Assembly: GCA_947625685.1 (NCBI GenBank)
Contig: CANQPK010000019.1
Coordinates: 5,059-69,058, forward strand
From: an uncultured Clostridia bacterium
Lineage (GTDB): Bacteria; Bacillota; Clostridia; TANB77; CAG-508
DNA: 64,000 bases
Direction of reading: 5' to 3'
The notes beneath the pieces were generated by a model, which was given only the letters and a program-made list of their open reading frames with translations, was not told the origin of the DNA and did no database searches. Both the position numbers and the translations under genes were made by a program. Every line of letters starts with the position of its first letter. The stretch's first letter is position 1. This document shows, piece after piece, positions 1 to 11,320 of this stretch.

Positions 1-423
1 CTTAAACTTGAAAAAAATATAGGATTAGTAATAATAGACTATTTGCAATTAATATCTGGTACAGGTAATAGAAAAAATGGAAGCAGAGAGCAAGAAATAT
101 CAGAGATAAGCCGTTCATTAAAAATACTTGCAAAAGAATTAGATGTTCCAGTAATTGCACTTTCACAATTATCTCGTGCACCAGAGCAAAGAAAAGATGA
201 TCACAGACCAATGCTTTCTGATTTGCGTGAATCAGGAGCAATAGAGCAGGATGCAGATATAGTAATGTTCCTTTATAGAGATGATTATTATAATCAAGAA
301 AGTGAGAATAGAAATATAGCAGAGGTAATACTTGCAAAACATAGAAGTGGTTCAACAGGAACAATAGAGCTTGCATGGTTTGGAAGTTGTACAAAATTTG
401 CAAATATAGATAAATATAGATAA
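1..423 (+). CDS. dnaB: Replicative DNA helicase DnaB, C-terminal part (5' end upstream of window)
   Basis: Frame 1 is open from base 1. The translation ...[87 protein letters not shown] matches the DnaB RecA-like domain. Stop is TAA at 421-423. Confidence 0.9.
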   Translation, partial: LKLEKNIGLVIIDYLQLISGTGNRKNGSREQEISEISRSLKILAKELDVPVIALSQLSRAPEQRKDDHRPMLSDLRESGAIEQDADIVMFLYRDDYYNQESENRNIAEVILAKHRSGSTGTIELAWFGSCTKFANIDKYR

Positions 424-446
424 TTAATCTATTGAAAGGAAAGTAA

Positions 447-1445
447 GTGTTAAAAGATAAAGTTTTAAAGACAATAGAAAAATATAATTTAATAGAAAAT
501 GGAGATAAAATAGTTGTCGGAGTATCAGGTGGCCCCGACTCTATTTGTCTTGTAGATTTATTAAATAATATAAAAAATGACGGAAAAATAAAATTTGAAA
601 TTGTAATATGTCATATAAATCATATGATAAGAGACGAAGCAAAAGATGACGAAGAATTTGTAAAAAAATATGCAAATGCAAAAAATATTCCTGTTTTTTC
701 AAAAGAAATAGAAGTTTTAGATTTAGCAAATAAACAAAAAATAGGAACAGAAGAAGCAGGAAGAAATGCAAGATATGAATTTTTCGAAGAAATTTTGCAA
801 AAAATAAATGGTACTAAAATTGCAACAGCACATACAAAAAATGATAATGCAGAAACAGTTCTTATGAATTTAATTAGAGGATCTGGGACATCAGGTTTAA
901 AAGGAATAAGTCCAATTAGGGATAAAAAGTATATAAAACCTTTAATAGAAATATCAAGAGAAGAGATAGAAGATTATTGCAAAGAAAATAATTTAAATCC
1001 ACGATACGATAAAACAAATGCAGAAAATATTTATACAAGAAATAAAGTAAGAAATATTTTAATACCTTTAATAAAAAAAGAATTTAATCCAAATATAGTA
1101 GATACAATAGATAGATTGTCTGAACTTGTAGCAAAAGAAAATAATTTTATAGAAAAAATGACTGAGGAAAAATATAGTGAATTATTAATAAAAGAAGAAA
1201 AAAATGAAATAATATTAAATTTGAAGAAGTTTAATATTCAAGATGAAGTAATAAAAAGTAGGCTTATAATATATACTATAAAAAGATTAATAGGTACTAG
1301 CCAAGGAATAGAAAAAGTTCACATAGATGATATAATAACTCTATGCAAAAAAAACATAGGGAATAAGTATTTAACACCTAATAAAAACATAAAAGTAGCT
1401 ATTAATAAAGGAAAAATGTATTTTTTTGTAACACAAAATTCATAA
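447..1445 (+). CDS. tilS: tRNA(Ile)-lysidine synthetase
   Basis: GTG start follows a GAAAGGAAAG RBS. N-terminal PP-loop VGVSGGPDS is present. Its position between dnaB and ftsH is typical. Confidence 0.85.
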   Translation: MLKDKVLKTIEKYNLIENGDKIVVGVSGGPDSICLVDLLNNIKNDGKIKFEIVICHINHMIRDEAKDDEEFVKKYANAKNIPVFSKEIEVLDLANKQKIGTEEAGRNARYEFFEEILQKINGTKIATAHTKNDNAETVLMNLIRGSGTSGLKGISPIRDKKYIKPLIEISREEIEDYCKENNLNPRYDKTNAENIYTRNKVRNILIPLIKKEFNPNIVDTIDRLSELVAKENNFIEKMTEEKYSELLIKEEKNEIILNLKKFNIQDEVIKSRLIIYTIKRLIGTSQGIEKVHIDDIITLCKKNIGNKYLTPNKNIKVAINKGKMYFFVTQNS

Positions 1446-1594
1446 ATAAGCTAAAGATAGAAATCCGTAATAGAACTTAGTTACAAGCAATTTTAAGCCA
1501 AAAAAATTTTTGCAAAAAGTATTGAAATGTAATATTAAATATGATAATATTCGGGGTGAATTAATTAAAGAGTCTCAAAATAAGGAGGATAACT

Positions 1595-3397
1595 TTGAAA
1601 AATAGTATAAAAACATTAGCAATGTGGCTAATAATAGGAATAATAGTTATTGTACTGATAACATCTATTTTAGATAATGCAGATACAAAAATGACTTATG
1701 CAGAATTAATAAATAAAATAGAAACATCAGAAGTTACAGGTATAGAAGTAGCCTATGATGGAAAATCAGCAAATATAACTTTAAAAAATGATCCTATAAA
1801 GAAAGAGGTAAATATACCAAGCTTAGATAGTTTTATGGATTATGTAACAGATTATCTAAAAGCAGGAAATATAGAATTTGAAGGAAACTCACAATCAATA
1901 TTTATAACAATATTACAATTGTTATCACCATTTGGATTGCTAATAATTGTGCTAATTTTCTGGTTCTTAACGATGAATACAACTAGCCAAGGCAATAATA
2001 AAACTTTAAGCTTTGGTAAGAGTAAAGCTAGAATGATGACAACTGCTGACAAAAACAGAGTAACTTTTGTGGATGTAGCAGGTGTAGATGAGGAAAAAGA
2101 GGAATTACAAGAAATAGTTGAATTTTTAAAGAATCCTAAAAAATATACAGATATGGGTGCAAGAATACCAAAAGGCGTTTTACTTGTTGGACCTCCAGGA
2201 ACAGGAAAAACATTGCTTGCTAAAGCCGTTGCAGGTGAAGCAGGAGTTCCATTCTTCATAATAAGTGGTTCTGACTTTGTAGAAATGTTCGTAGGTGTTG
2301 GAGCTTCTCGTGTAAGAGATTTATTCGATCAAGCAAAGAAAAACGCACCTTGTATAGTATTTATAGATGAAATAGATGCAGTTGGTAGACAACGTGGAGC
2401 AGGTTTAGGAGGAGGACATGATGAAAGGGAACAAACATTAAACCAATTATTAGTTGAGATGGACGGATTTGCATCAAATGAGGGAGTTATTGTACTTGCT
2501 GCAACAAACAGACCAGACATCCTAGATAAAGCACTTTTAAGACCTGGAAGATTTGATAGACAAATAGTAGTATCTTCTCCAGATGTAGCAGCAAGGGAAC
2601 AAATACTAGAAGTACATGCAAGAAAGAAAAAAATGAGTGAAGATATAGACTTAAAGACAATAGCAAAAAATACTTCAGGATTTTCAGGAGCAGATCTAGA
2701 GAATGTACTTAATGAAGCAGCTTTACTTGCAGCAAGAAGAGACTTAGATGAAATTGGAATGGCTGAAATAGAAGATGCTATGGTTAAAGTTACAATGGGA
2801 CCAGAAAAGAAAACTAGGGTAAGAAGCGACAAAGAAAAGAAATTAGTTGCATATCATGAAGCAGGTCATGCAGTAGTAAGCAAATTTTTACCAACTCAAG
2901 ATGATGTACATCAAATATCTATAATACCAAGAGGTATGGCAGGTGGATATACAATGTATAGACCATCAGAAGATAAATCATTTATGTCAAAATCAGAGAT
3001 GGAAGAAACAATAGTATCATTACTTGGAGGAAGAGTTGCAGAAAGTTTAATATTAAATGATATATCAACAGGTGCAAGCAATGATATTGAGAGAGCATCA
3101 AAAATTGCAAGAGATATGGTATCAAAATATGGAATGAGTGATGTGGTTGGAGCAATAATGTTTGGCGCAGGACAAGAGGAGGTATTCTTAGGAAGAGATT
3201 TGACACAATCTAAGAATTATTCAGAACAAACAGCTTCAATAATAGATGCTGAAACAAAGAACATTATTGATAAAGCATATAAGAGGGCAGAAGATATATT
3301 AAAAGAGCATATTGATAAACTTCATGTAGTTGCAGGAATATTATTAGAGAAAGAAAAGATAGACGGAGAGGAATTTGCAAAAGTCTTTGAAGAATAA
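1595..3397 (+). CDS. ftsH: ATP-dependent zinc metalloprotease FtsH
   Basis: TTG start follows an AAGGAGG RBS. It has two N-terminal TM segments, Walker [15 protein letters not shown] region and zinc motif HEAGHAV. No in-frame CGG. Confidence 0.95.
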   Translation: MKNSIKTLAMWLIIGIIVIVLITSILDNADTKMTYAELINKIETSEVTGIEVAYDGKSANITLKNDPIKKEVNIPSLDSFMDYVTDYLKAGNIEFEGNSQSIFITILQLLSPFGLLIIVLIFWFLTMNTTSQGNNKTLSFGKSKARMMTTADKNRVTFVDVAGVDEEKEELQEIVEFLKNPKKYTDMGARIPKGVLLVGPPGTGKTLLAKAVAGEAGVPFFIISGSDFVEMFVGVGASRVRDLFDQAKKNAPCIVFIDEIDAVGRQRGAGLGGGHDEREQTLNQLLVEMDGFASNEGVIVLAATNRPDILDKALLRPGRFDRQIVVSSPDVAAREQILEVHARKKKMSEDIDLKTIAKNTSGFSGADLENVLNEAALLAARRDLDEIGMAEIEDAMVKVTMGPEKKTRVRSDKEKKLVAYHEAGHAVVSKFLPTQDDVHQISIIPRGMAGGYTMYRPSEDKSFMSKSEMEETIVSLLGGRVAESLILNDISTGASNDIERASKIARDMVSKYGMSDVVGAIMFGAGQEEVFLGRDLTQSKNYSEQTASIIDAETKNIIDKAYKRAEDILKEHIDKLHVVAGILLEKEKIDGEEFAKVFEE

Positions 3398-3414
3398 AAG
3401 CAAACTATATAATA

Positions 3415-3457
3415 AAAAGCGATAATACTTAGAAATAGATGTTATCGCTTTTTTTAT
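3415..3457 (+). terminator. Intrinsic terminator after ftsH
   Basis: Stem AAAAGCGATAA / TTATCGCTTTT followed by a T-run. Confidence 0.7.
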
Positions 3458-3498
3458 TTGCATTTCTCCAAAATTATAACAAATTCTGCCAAAATCTA

Positions 3499-3527
3499 TT
3501 GACTAAAATGACAAAAAAGACTAAAAT
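3499..3527 (+). promoter_or_regulatory. Sigma-A type promoter for prs
   Basis: TTGACT, 17-nt spacer, TAAAAT. Confidence 0.5.
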
Positions 3528-3570
3528 ATGTAGTGGGTTAGAAACCCAAAAAATTATAGGGGGAAATTTT

Positions 3571-4521
3571 ATGGAAAATATTAAAGTATTTTCATGCAGT
3601 GAAGCAGCAGACGGATTCACAAAAGAAGTATGCGATAGTTTAGGACTAGAAATGGGACAAATATGCAGAATGAAATTTAAAAATGATAATAACTTTGTCC
3701 AATTATTAGAAACAGTTAGAGAAAAAGATGTATATCTAATACAAACAACAACACCACCAGTAAACGAAAGAATAATGGAATTATTAATAACAATAGATGC
3801 AGCAAAGCGTGCGTCAGCAAGAAGAATAGTAGTAGTATTACCATACTATATGTATTCAAGATCAGATAAAAAAGATCAACCAAGAGTACCAATCACGGCA
3901 AAGTTAATAGCAGAAATTATTGAAGCTGCAGGAGCAGATAGGGTTATAAGTTGCGACTTACATAATTCATCAATACAAGGATATTTTAGAATAAATTGTG
4001 ATAGGTTATCAGCACAAGGATTGCTACAAACATACTTCAAAGACAAAAATTTTGAAGATATGGTAATAGTTGCAACAGATGCAGGAAGCTCAAAAAAAGC
4101 ATATAAATACTCAAAATACTTTAATTGCCCTATAGCAATGATAGATAAAAGAAGAGAAGGTAATGATGATAGAGCCATAGCAAGTACGGTAATAGGAGAT
4201 GTAAAAGGAAAAACAGCAGTAGTATTTGATGATGAAATAGACACAGCGGGTTCAATGCTTGAAGCAGCAAATATATTAAAAGAATATGGAGCAAAAGAGA
4301 TATATGCAGGTTGTACACACGGAGTATTATCAGGACCAGCTATAGAAAGAATTAAGAATTCTCCATTTAAAGAAGTGGTAATAACAAATACAATACCATT
4401 ACCAAAAGAAAAACAAATACCACAAATAAAAGTGTTATCAATAGCACCATTATTTGCAGAGGCAATAAAAAGACTTAATGAAAATAAACCAATGGGTGAC
4501 TTATTTGGACAATTTATGTAA
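3571..4521 (+). CDS. prs: Ribose-phosphate pyrophosphokinase
   Basis: ATG at 3571 follows a GGGGGA RBS. Motifs CDLHNSSIQGYF and PRPP loop VVFDDEIDTAGS are present. Confidence 0.9.
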   Translation: MENIKVFSCSEAADGFTKEVCDSLGLEMGQICRMKFKNDNNFVQLLETVREKDVYLIQTTTPPVNERIMELLITIDAAKRASARRIVVVLPYYMYSRSDKKDQPRVPITAKLIAEIIEAAGADRVISCDLHNSSIQGYFRINCDRLSAQGLLQTYFKDKNFEDMVIVATDAGSSKKAYKYSKYFNCPIAMIDKRREGNDDRAIASTVIGDVKGKTAVVFDDEIDTAGSMLEAANILKEYGAKEIYAGCTHGVLSGPAIERIKNSPFKEVVITNTIPLPKEKQIPQIKVLSIAPLFAEAIKRLNENKPMGDLFGQFM

Positions 4522-4600
4522 AAATAAGGCTTGACAAACTAAAAAGCAAGAGATATAATAGAAAAGCAAATTTAATTACACATAGAAGGGGGGAGTAATA

Positions 4601-4771
4601 ATGTCAGAGGTAAGAGTTAATAATGGAAATATAGAAGATGCATTAAAAAGATTTAAAAGACAATGTGCTAGAAATGGTGTAATGCAAGAAGTTAGAAAAA
4701 GAGAACATTATGAAAAACCTAGTGTAAAGAGAAAGAAAAAATCAGAGGCAGCAAGAAAGAGAAAATTTTAA
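4601..4771 (+). CDS. rpsU: 30S ribosomal protein S21
   Basis: 56-aa ORF below the track cutoff, behind a GAAGGGGGGAG RBS. Translation is [56 protein letters not shown]. Confidence 0.9.
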   Translation: MSEVRVNNGNIEDALKRFKRQCARNGVMQEVRKREHYEKPSVKRKKKSEAARKRKF

Positions 4772-4880
4772 GATTATATAAAATGGGGGATAAAAATCTC
4801 TCATTTTTTTTATAACAATAAAAAACACTTGTATAAATTGGAAATAATATAGTATACTAAATAAAGAATTGGAGGTTTAT

Positions 4881-6148
4881 ATGGAATACAAAAAACAAGA
4901 AATTAAAAAAGGAATAAATATCCACTTAATAAAAACAAATAGTTTTAAAACAGACTTAATGTCTGTATTTATCACGACACCATTAAACAAGGAAAATGTC
5001 ACCAAAAATGCAATAATACCAATGATATTAAGAAAAGGAAGTAGAACATTAGAAAACATAGAAGAAATAAATAAGAAACTAGAAGAAATGTATGGGGCAG
5101 AATTTGACTGCGGAATTGATAAATCAGGAGATAATCAAGTATTAAAATTTTATTTAGAAACAATAGATAATGAATATTTGCGGTACGAAGGAAGATTTAA
5201 GTAGAGAGGCACTAAATACATTATTTGAAATAATTTTTGACCCTAAGACAGAAAACAATGGCTTTTCAAAAGAAATTGTGGAATCAGAAAAAGAAAAATT
5301 AAAAATAATTATAGAAGGTAAAAAAGATAACAAATCAGCATATGCATATTTGAGATGTCAAGAGGAGATGTATAAAAATATTCCATTTGGGCTATATAAA
5401 TACGGATATATAGAAGATATAGAGAAAATCAATGAAAATAACATATATGAATATTATAAAAAACTAATATCAGAAGCAAAAATAGATATATTTGTTTCTG
5501 GAGATATAGAAGAAGAAAAAATAATAGAAGTTATAAAAAATAATGAAAACATTAAAAAGCTAAATGAAAGAGAACCAATCTATGAAAGGAAAAATAAAGT
5601 ACCAGAAATAAAAGAAGAAAAAGAAATAACAGATACAATGGAAGTTACACAAGGAAATCTTGTATTAGGACTTTTGGTAGAGGAAGAAAATAAAAGAGAA
5701 AAATATATAGCAGTAGTATACAATGCTATACTTGGTGGAACAGCAACATCAAAAATGTTCCAAATAGTAAGAGAAAAGCATAGTTTAGCATATACAGCAT
5801 CATCAAATTATTTAAGACATAAAAATAGTATATTTATAAGATGTGGAATCGAAATATCAAATTATGATAAGACATTAAAATTGATAAAAGAGCAAATAGA
5901 AGATATGAAAAATGGAAACTTTGATGATGAAGATATTAAAAATGCAAAAGTACGGAATAATATCAACTATAAAATCAATACCAGATGAGCAGGACACAGG
6001 AATAACATATTATCTAGGTCAAGAATTATCAGAATACAAAATGACATTTGAAGAATATGAGGAAGAGATACAAAAAGTAACCAAAGAAGAAATAATAGAT
6101 TTTGCAAAAAAAGTTCATATTGATACAATATTCTTCCTTAAAAATTAA
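4881..6148 (+). CDS. M16-family (insulinase-like) peptidase, non-catalytic type subunit; needs two +1 shifts at in-frame CGG (5181, 5953)
   Basis: Three overlapping ORF pieces (4869..5204, 5170..5988, 5912..6148) join seamlessly at CGG sites. It is paired with a second M16 gene downstream. Confidence 0.8.
5181..5184 (+). other. In-frame CGG +1 recoding site (CGGT)
   Basis: M16 peptidase A: ...IDNEYL-[c]GGT(G)-TKEDLSREALN. The 0 frame stops at 5202-5204. Confidence 0.8.
5953..5956 (+). other. In-frame CGG +1 recoding site (CGGA)
   Basis: M16 peptidase A: ...IKNAKV-[c]GGA(G)-IISTIKSIPDEQ. Confidence 0.8.
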
Positions 6149-6228
6149 ATATATACTATGAATTTTCGCCAAATATAAAACTCATGCGTTTGGCTATCTT
6201 AGTTAGAGAAAGAGAGAGATTAAGTAAA

Positions 6229-7503
6229 ATGGAGATAATTGAAAACAATAAAATTAAAGAAAAACTTTATATAGAAAAACTAGAAAATGGACTAACAGTA
6301 ATGGTTTCGCCTAGAAAAAATGTAAGAAAAAAGTATATAATATGTGGTCCAAATTTTGGCTCAATAGATAATAAATTTATAATACCAGGAAATACCAATA
6401 TAACAGAGCTTCCTGATGGAGTAGCCCACTTTTTAGAGCATAAAATGTTTGAACAGAAAAGTGGTGTAAATAGTTTAGATACTCTAACAGCCTTAGGAGT
6501 AAGTGCAAACGCATACACAACAAATGACCATACGGCATACCTTTATGAAGCAACAGATAACTTTTATGATGCATTAGATGAATATATGGACTATATACAA
6601 AACCCATACTATACAGATGAAAATGTAGAAAAAGAAAAAGGAATTATCGGTCAAGAAATAAATATGTATGAAGATTATCCAGAATGGCAAGTATATTTAA
6701 ATGCAATGAAGTGTATGTACAAAGAATTGCCAATAAGGCTAGATATTGCAGGTAGTATAGATTCTATCTCAAAGATAACAAAAGAAATGCTTTATGATTG
6801 CTATAATAATTTCTATACTCCATCAAATATGGCAATGGTAATTTGTGGAGACTTTAATCCAGAAGAAGTTATAGAAGAGATAAGAAAAAGAATAACAATA
6901 AAAGAAAATAAAGAATTACCAAAAAGGATTTATCCAGAAGAACCAGAAGAAATAAATCAAAAAGAAATAGTTGTCAAAATGCAACTTAGCAACCCACTTT
7001 TTGCGATAGGATTCAAAGATAAAGTAGAAAAAGATATGGTAAAAAAACACATAGCAATTGAAATAATATTAAATACATTATTTGGTAAAAGTTCAAAGCT
7101 ATATAGAGAATTATCAGAAAAAAATTTATTACTTGGTACATTAGATTTAGAATATGATTATTCAAAAGAATATGCATATATATTAATTAATGGACAATCA
7201 AGAGAGCCTAAAAAAGTAATACAAAGGATAAATGACGAAATAGAAAATGCTATAAAAAATGGCTTAAACGAAGAAGATTTTATAAGAAATAAGAAAAAAA
7301 TATATGGAGATCATATAGTAGAATATAACAGTGTAGAAGAAACAGCAAGGATGTTTTTAGTAGATTATTTTAAAGGAATAAATTCATTTGATTATCTAGA
7401 AAAATATGAAGAAGTTACAAAAGATTATGCAGAAGAAGTACTAAAACAAGTACTAACTAAGGATAAAGAGGTAACTTCTATAGTTCTTGGAAATGAAGAA
7501 TAA
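6229..7503 (+). CDS. M16-family zinc peptidase (HxxEH type)
   Basis: Inverted zinc motif HFLEHKMFE is present. The start is uncertain (ATG 6229 or upstream in ORF 6184). Confidence 0.8.
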   Translation: MEIIENNKIKEKLYIEKLENGLTVMVSPRKNVRKKYIICGPNFGSIDNKFIIPGNTNITELPDGVAHFLEHKMFEQKSGVNSLDTLTALGVSANAYTTNDHTAYLYEATDNFYDALDEYMDYIQNPYYTDENVEKEKGIIGQEINMYEDYPEWQVYLNAMKCMYKELPIRLDIAGSIDSISKITKEMLYDCYNNFYTPSNMAMVICGDFNPEEVIEEIRKRITIKENKELPKRIYPEEPEEINQKEIVVKMQLSNPLFAIGFKDKVEKDMVKKHIAIEIILNTLFGKSSKLYRELSEKNLLLGTLDLEYDYSKEYAYILINGQSREPKKVIQRINDEIENAIKNGLNEEDFIRNKKKIYGDHIVEYNSVEETARMFLVDYFKGINSFDYLEKYEEVTKDYAEEVLKQVLTKDKEVTSIVLGNEE

Positions 7504-7678
7504 TATAGAGTCAACTTAAATATTTTAAGCTAATAATTAGATTAATACAAAATAAAGGAATTTTAGAAATGATAAAATTGCTAAAATTCCTTTATTTTGT
7601 GGCAAAAACTGGTTGACTAACATAGATATAAATGGTATAATTATAATATATAGTACTATAAAAAAAGGAGGGGATTTT

Positions 7679-9709
7679 ATGTGGCATAAAACATTAAAAA
7701 AATGCTTAATTATATCCATTGCTAGTATAATGATGCTTACAATATTGTCTTTATCATCAGTTGTATCAGCTAGTAATGCAAATGATATGGAAATAAGTTA
7801 CACTGGTCATGTTCAGACTTATGGATGGCTTAAATACTCAACAAACTTTACAGGAACAGTTGGAGAATCAAAGAGAATGGAAGCATTAGAGCTTAATGTT
7901 GATGCTCCAGCAGGTGTCACTGTAAAATATCGTGCTCATGTTCAAAGCTATGGATGGCAAAAATGGGTTACAGCAGATAGCAAAACAGGAACAAATAAAA
8001 TAGGAACATCAGGCGAATCTAAAAGAGTAGAAGCAATTCAAATTGTTGTTGAAGGGGCCAGTGATTATACAGTAAAATACAGAACTCAAGTTCAAACGTA
8101 TGGATGGCTTGATTGGGTTGAAGCTGGAAGTTCAATAAAAGAAGCAGAAACTCTTAAGGAAGGAACATATGCAGGAACATCAGGGGAGTCTAAGAGAATG
8201 GAAGCAATGCAGATTGTTGTAATACCTAAAGAGCAAAGCAAAGTAGAAGAAACAAAGAAAGAGGAGCAAGCTTTAGAACAAGCACAAGCTCAAGCAGAAA
8301 TACAAAAGCAAGTAGAGGAAAGAAAACAAGAAGTAGAAGCTGAAAAAGCCTTAGCACAAGCAGTAGAACAGAAAAAAGAACAAGTAGAAGCAAAGACAGA
8401 AGAACCTAAAGCACCAAGCAATGTTCATAGTCATACTTTTACTGATTGGGTAACAACAGTAAAACCTACTTGTGTATCTACAGGTACTCAAACAAGACAA
8501 TGTATAGATTGCAAATATATAGAAACTAAACAAATACCAGGAGATCCAAACGGACACTTATTAGAAAGAGTTCCAGGACTAGACAAAAATGCAACTTGCA
8601 CTGAGAATGGACAAAGCAATACTAAATATTGTGCATATTGTAAACAAGAATTTTTCAACTACATTCAACCATTAGGACATATTTGGGATAACAAAACAAC
8701 AACAAAACAACCAACATGTACAGATTATGGATGCACATCTATTCATTGTACTAGATCGGGATGTACTGCAGAAAAAGATATAAAAATTCTTGATGCTACA
8801 GGTCATAATTGGGGACAATATAACGTAACAAAACAAGCTACTTGTATAGCAAATGGAACAAAAGAAAGAGAATGTTCTAAGTGCAAAGCAGTAGAAACTT
8901 TAAGTACACCAAAAGTACAACATACATATTCTTCTGAATATACTGTAGATGTAGAACCAACTGCAACTACATTAGGATATGAATCACGTCATTGTACAAC
9001 ACCAGGTTGTACAGAAAGAACTTCTATTAGAAGTGTTAGCCATAAACATACATATTCAGATGATATAAAAATCATTAAAAAAGGAACATGTGTTGAATAT
9101 GGACTTGAAGAAAGAACATGTACTACATGTGGAAAGAAAGTTATATTTAGAATTATTCCAACAGGTGAACATGATTTAGGAGAAAAACAATATTCATTCA
9201 TAGGAAATGATTGTATGGGATCAACTGTATATAGAATATGCAAAATATGTGGTGAGAAAGTTTGGGATGAATGTTTCGAACCAAGCCTTGGACATGATTG
9301 GACTACTGATGACTATAATACAGCAGAATGTAAAAGATGTCATACTAAAATAAATTGGACTAATACATGGGCTGCAGAGCATGATTCTACAAATCCAGGA
9401 TTTGACGACGGATGGAAATTCGATGGAAAAGGAGAAATGAGAGTTCGTAGAGTTTGGTGGGTACAATTTAAAGCTGATACAACAATGAGTGTAGGATTTA
9501 ATGGAAATAGTACATATAGTCCTAATACAGTAATAACAGCTGATTATGTATACGAAGCTACAGCACCAGAAGCTAGACCAGGATATAGATTTGTAGCATG
9601 GTGTAATGCTAAGACAGGTGAAAGAATTTCAACAGATAAAACTATAAGGGCTGGATGGAAATATGCACACATGGTAATTGAAGCTGTATATGAAGCAGAA
9701 AATAAATAA
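7679..9709 (+). CDS. Secreted protein: signal peptide, 3 ChW repeats, E/K/Q-rich linker, about 8 Cys-rich H..C-x3-G-x5-7-C-x2-C repeats, C-terminal beta domain
   Basis: ATG at 7679 follows an AGGAGGGG RBS. ChW repeats are Y(T/R)xHVQ(T/S)YGW...GTSGESKR(M/V)EA(I/M)QIVV x3. Cys repeats are described in the findings. Confidence 0.8.
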   Translation: MWHKTLKKCLIISIASIMMLTILSLSSVVSASNANDMEISYTGHVQTYGWLKYSTNFTGTVGESKRMEALELNVDAPAGVTVKYRAHVQSYGWQKWVTADSKTGTNKIGTSGESKRVEAIQIVVEGASDYTVKYRTQVQTYGWLDWVEAGSSIKEAETLKEGTYAGTSGESKRMEAMQIVVIPKEQSKVEETKKEEQALEQAQAQAEIQKQVEERKQEVEAEKALAQAVEQKKEQVEAKTEEPKAPSNVHSHTFTDWVTTVKPTCVSTGTQTRQCIDCKYIETKQIPGDPNGHLLERVPGLDKNATCTENGQSNTKYCAYCKQEFFNYIQPLGHIWDNKTTTKQPTCTDYGCTSIHCTRSGCTAEKDIKILDATGHNWGQYNVTKQATCIANGTKERECSKCKAVETLSTPKVQHTYSSEYTVDVEPTATTLGYESRHCTTPGCTERTSIRSVSHKHTYSDDIKIIKKGTCVEYGLEERTCTTCGKKVIFRIIPTGEHDLGEKQYSFIGNDCMGSTVYRICKICGEKVWDECFEPSLGHDWTTDDYNTAECKRCHTKINWTNTWAAEHDSTNPGFDDGWKFDGKGEMRVRRVWWVQFKADTTMSVGFNGNSTYSPNTVITADYVYEATAPEARPGYRFVAWCNAKTGERISTDKTIRAGWKYAHMVIEAVYEAENK

Positions 9710-9723
9710 AATTCAGTAAAACA

Positions 9724-9765
9724 AAAAAATTATCTCTTAGAATATTCTAAGAGATAATTTTTTGT
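9724..9765 (+). terminator. Intrinsic terminator
   Basis: Perfect stem ATTATCTCTTAGAA / TTCTAAGAGATAAT followed by TTTTTT. Confidence 0.8.
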
Positions 9766-10053
9766 TATTAAAAGAGTTATTATTAAATCAATCATCTTTA
9801 TTGACTAAAGTAAGAAAATATATTAACATTTTTGTAGAAATATGTTAATAAGATGTTACAAAAAGTTTACAAATGTATTACAAAGAAGAAATGTGGTGTC
9901 GAAAAACAATAAAAAAATATAAACTAAATAAAAAAACGAACAAAAAAGGAGAATATTGGCAAACGAAAAATGCTTAAAACATAGTAATTTATTTGACTTT
10001 GTAAAAAAAATATGATATTTTATCATTAACAATAAAAAAAGGGAGGAAAACCA

Positions 10054-10200
10054 ATGTTAAATGATGAAATATGCAAAAAAAGAGAAGAATTAAATAAGAG
10101 CATAGAACAAAATAAGAACTATGCTCAAATATATAAAATAAGTGTCGAATTAGATAAATTAATAGTCAAATATTATAAGTCATTAAATAAGGTTAGATAA
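10054..10200 (+). CDS. Spo0E-like aspartyl-phosphate phosphatase family small protein
   Basis: 48-aa ORF behind a GGGAGGAAAA RBS. Translation is MLNDEICKKREELNKSIEQNKNYAQIYKISVELDKLIVKYYKSLNKVR, with the Spo0E-type S..LD.LI motif. Confidence 0.6.
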   Translation: MLNDEICKKREELNKSIEQNKNYAQIYKISVELDKLIVKYYKSLNKVR

Positions 10201-10822
10201 AATGTTCCATACAAGTATCTAATGCAGAGTCAGCTATTATAAGCTTGCCATATTCTTTTATTTTCCTTTCGAACAATTCTGAGCTATTCACAAAATGAGC
10301 AAACTCTGTAATAGAAGAACAAATATAATCTAAATTAATGGAATTAATATTTATATCACTGAAGATCAAATAATAATTAGAGTTATATTCATACAAATCA
10401 GCACTTTTAGCAAAATTAGAAATATTTTCCTCATTTAAAGTATCTTTTAAGAATGTACAAAAATCACAGAAAGAATCAAATGATTCAAATGAATATATAG
10501 TTTTTGTTAAATTAACAGAAGGACTTTTCCTTCTAATATGTAAAGTTTTTTTCTTCTGAGAATTTTTCTCATCCATATAATCAAACTTTGTTATAGTAAA
10601 AATAAAATGTCCATTTTTCAATGCTAGAGCCTCAATCATAATTCTACAATCATCGGTATAAAAACCAACTTCTTTTTCAGCCTTATCTAGCATATCTAAA
10701 AAAATATCTTGTGACTCTATAGAATTAGACATAAAAGAATGAAAATCTATATTTCTTTCAGTCAAATCTTCCATATTTAAAGTAATACGAATTTTGTTAT
10801 CATTAAGTTTTTCAATTTTCAT
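10193..10822 (-). CDS. mecA: Adaptor protein MecA
   Basis: N-terminus MKIEKLNDNKIRITLNMEDLTERNI... is typical of MecA. Length is 209 aa. Confidence 0.8.
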   Translation of the reverse strand: MKIEKLNDNKIRITLNMEDLTERNIDFHSFMSNSIESQDIFLDMLDKAEKEVGFYTDDCRIMIEALALKNGHFIFTITKFDYMDEKNSQKKKTLHIRRKSPSVNLTKTIYSFESFDSFCDFCTFLKDTLNEENISNFAKSADLYEYNSNYYLIFSDININSINLDYICSSITEFAHFVNSSELFERKIKEYGKLIIADSALDTCMEHFI

Positions 10823-11000
10823 ATAGACCTCCTAAGTTAGAAAACAATTTATGTATCTAATTTAATTATACTACTAATATAAAGAAAAAGAAATAGAAAA
10901 ATTATGGAAAAAAATAAATATTTATCAAATACTTGAAAAATATTTTGAACCCATATATAATATATGTGTATTATAAGCTAATGAGAAAGGAAGAAAAAAT

Positions 11001-11258
11001 ATGGCAACAAGAGATAAAAATATATGGATATTAGTTATATTCTTACTTGCAGGAATAGTTATAGGAGGATTAATAGGAGAATTTGCATCACACATAGATT
11101 TTCTATGGTGGTTAGGGTATGGACAAACATTTGGATTAACAGAACCATTAGTTTTAGACTTAAATATTGTATCTCTTACATTTGCATTACAATTTAAAAT
11201 AAATATTGCAAGTATTATAGGAATAGGCATAGCTATATTTCTTTATAGAAAAGCGTAA
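11001..11258 (+). CDS. DUF4321-type small membrane protein
   Basis: 85 aa with two TM segments. This small membrane protein is conserved upstream of radC-mreB in Clostridia. Confidence 0.6.
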   Translation: MATRDKNIWILVIFLLAGIVIGGLIGEFASHIDFLWWLGYGQTFGLTEPLVLDLNIVSLTFALQFKINIASIIGIGIAIFLYRKA

Positions 11259-11320
11259 GTTAGATATAAACTTTTGATGGGGAAATTTCAAAACAAATAC
11301 ATGGAAAGGATGAAGACAAA

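Noticed and set aside
6174-6196. A shared 23-nt intergenic motif TATAAAACTC.TGCGTTTG.CTA at 6174 (after M16-A) and 26243 (after pheT), matching at 21 of 23 positions.
   Set aside because: A rough estimate for an AT-rich 64-kb window gives on the order of one such match by chance. No associated structure or third copy was seen.
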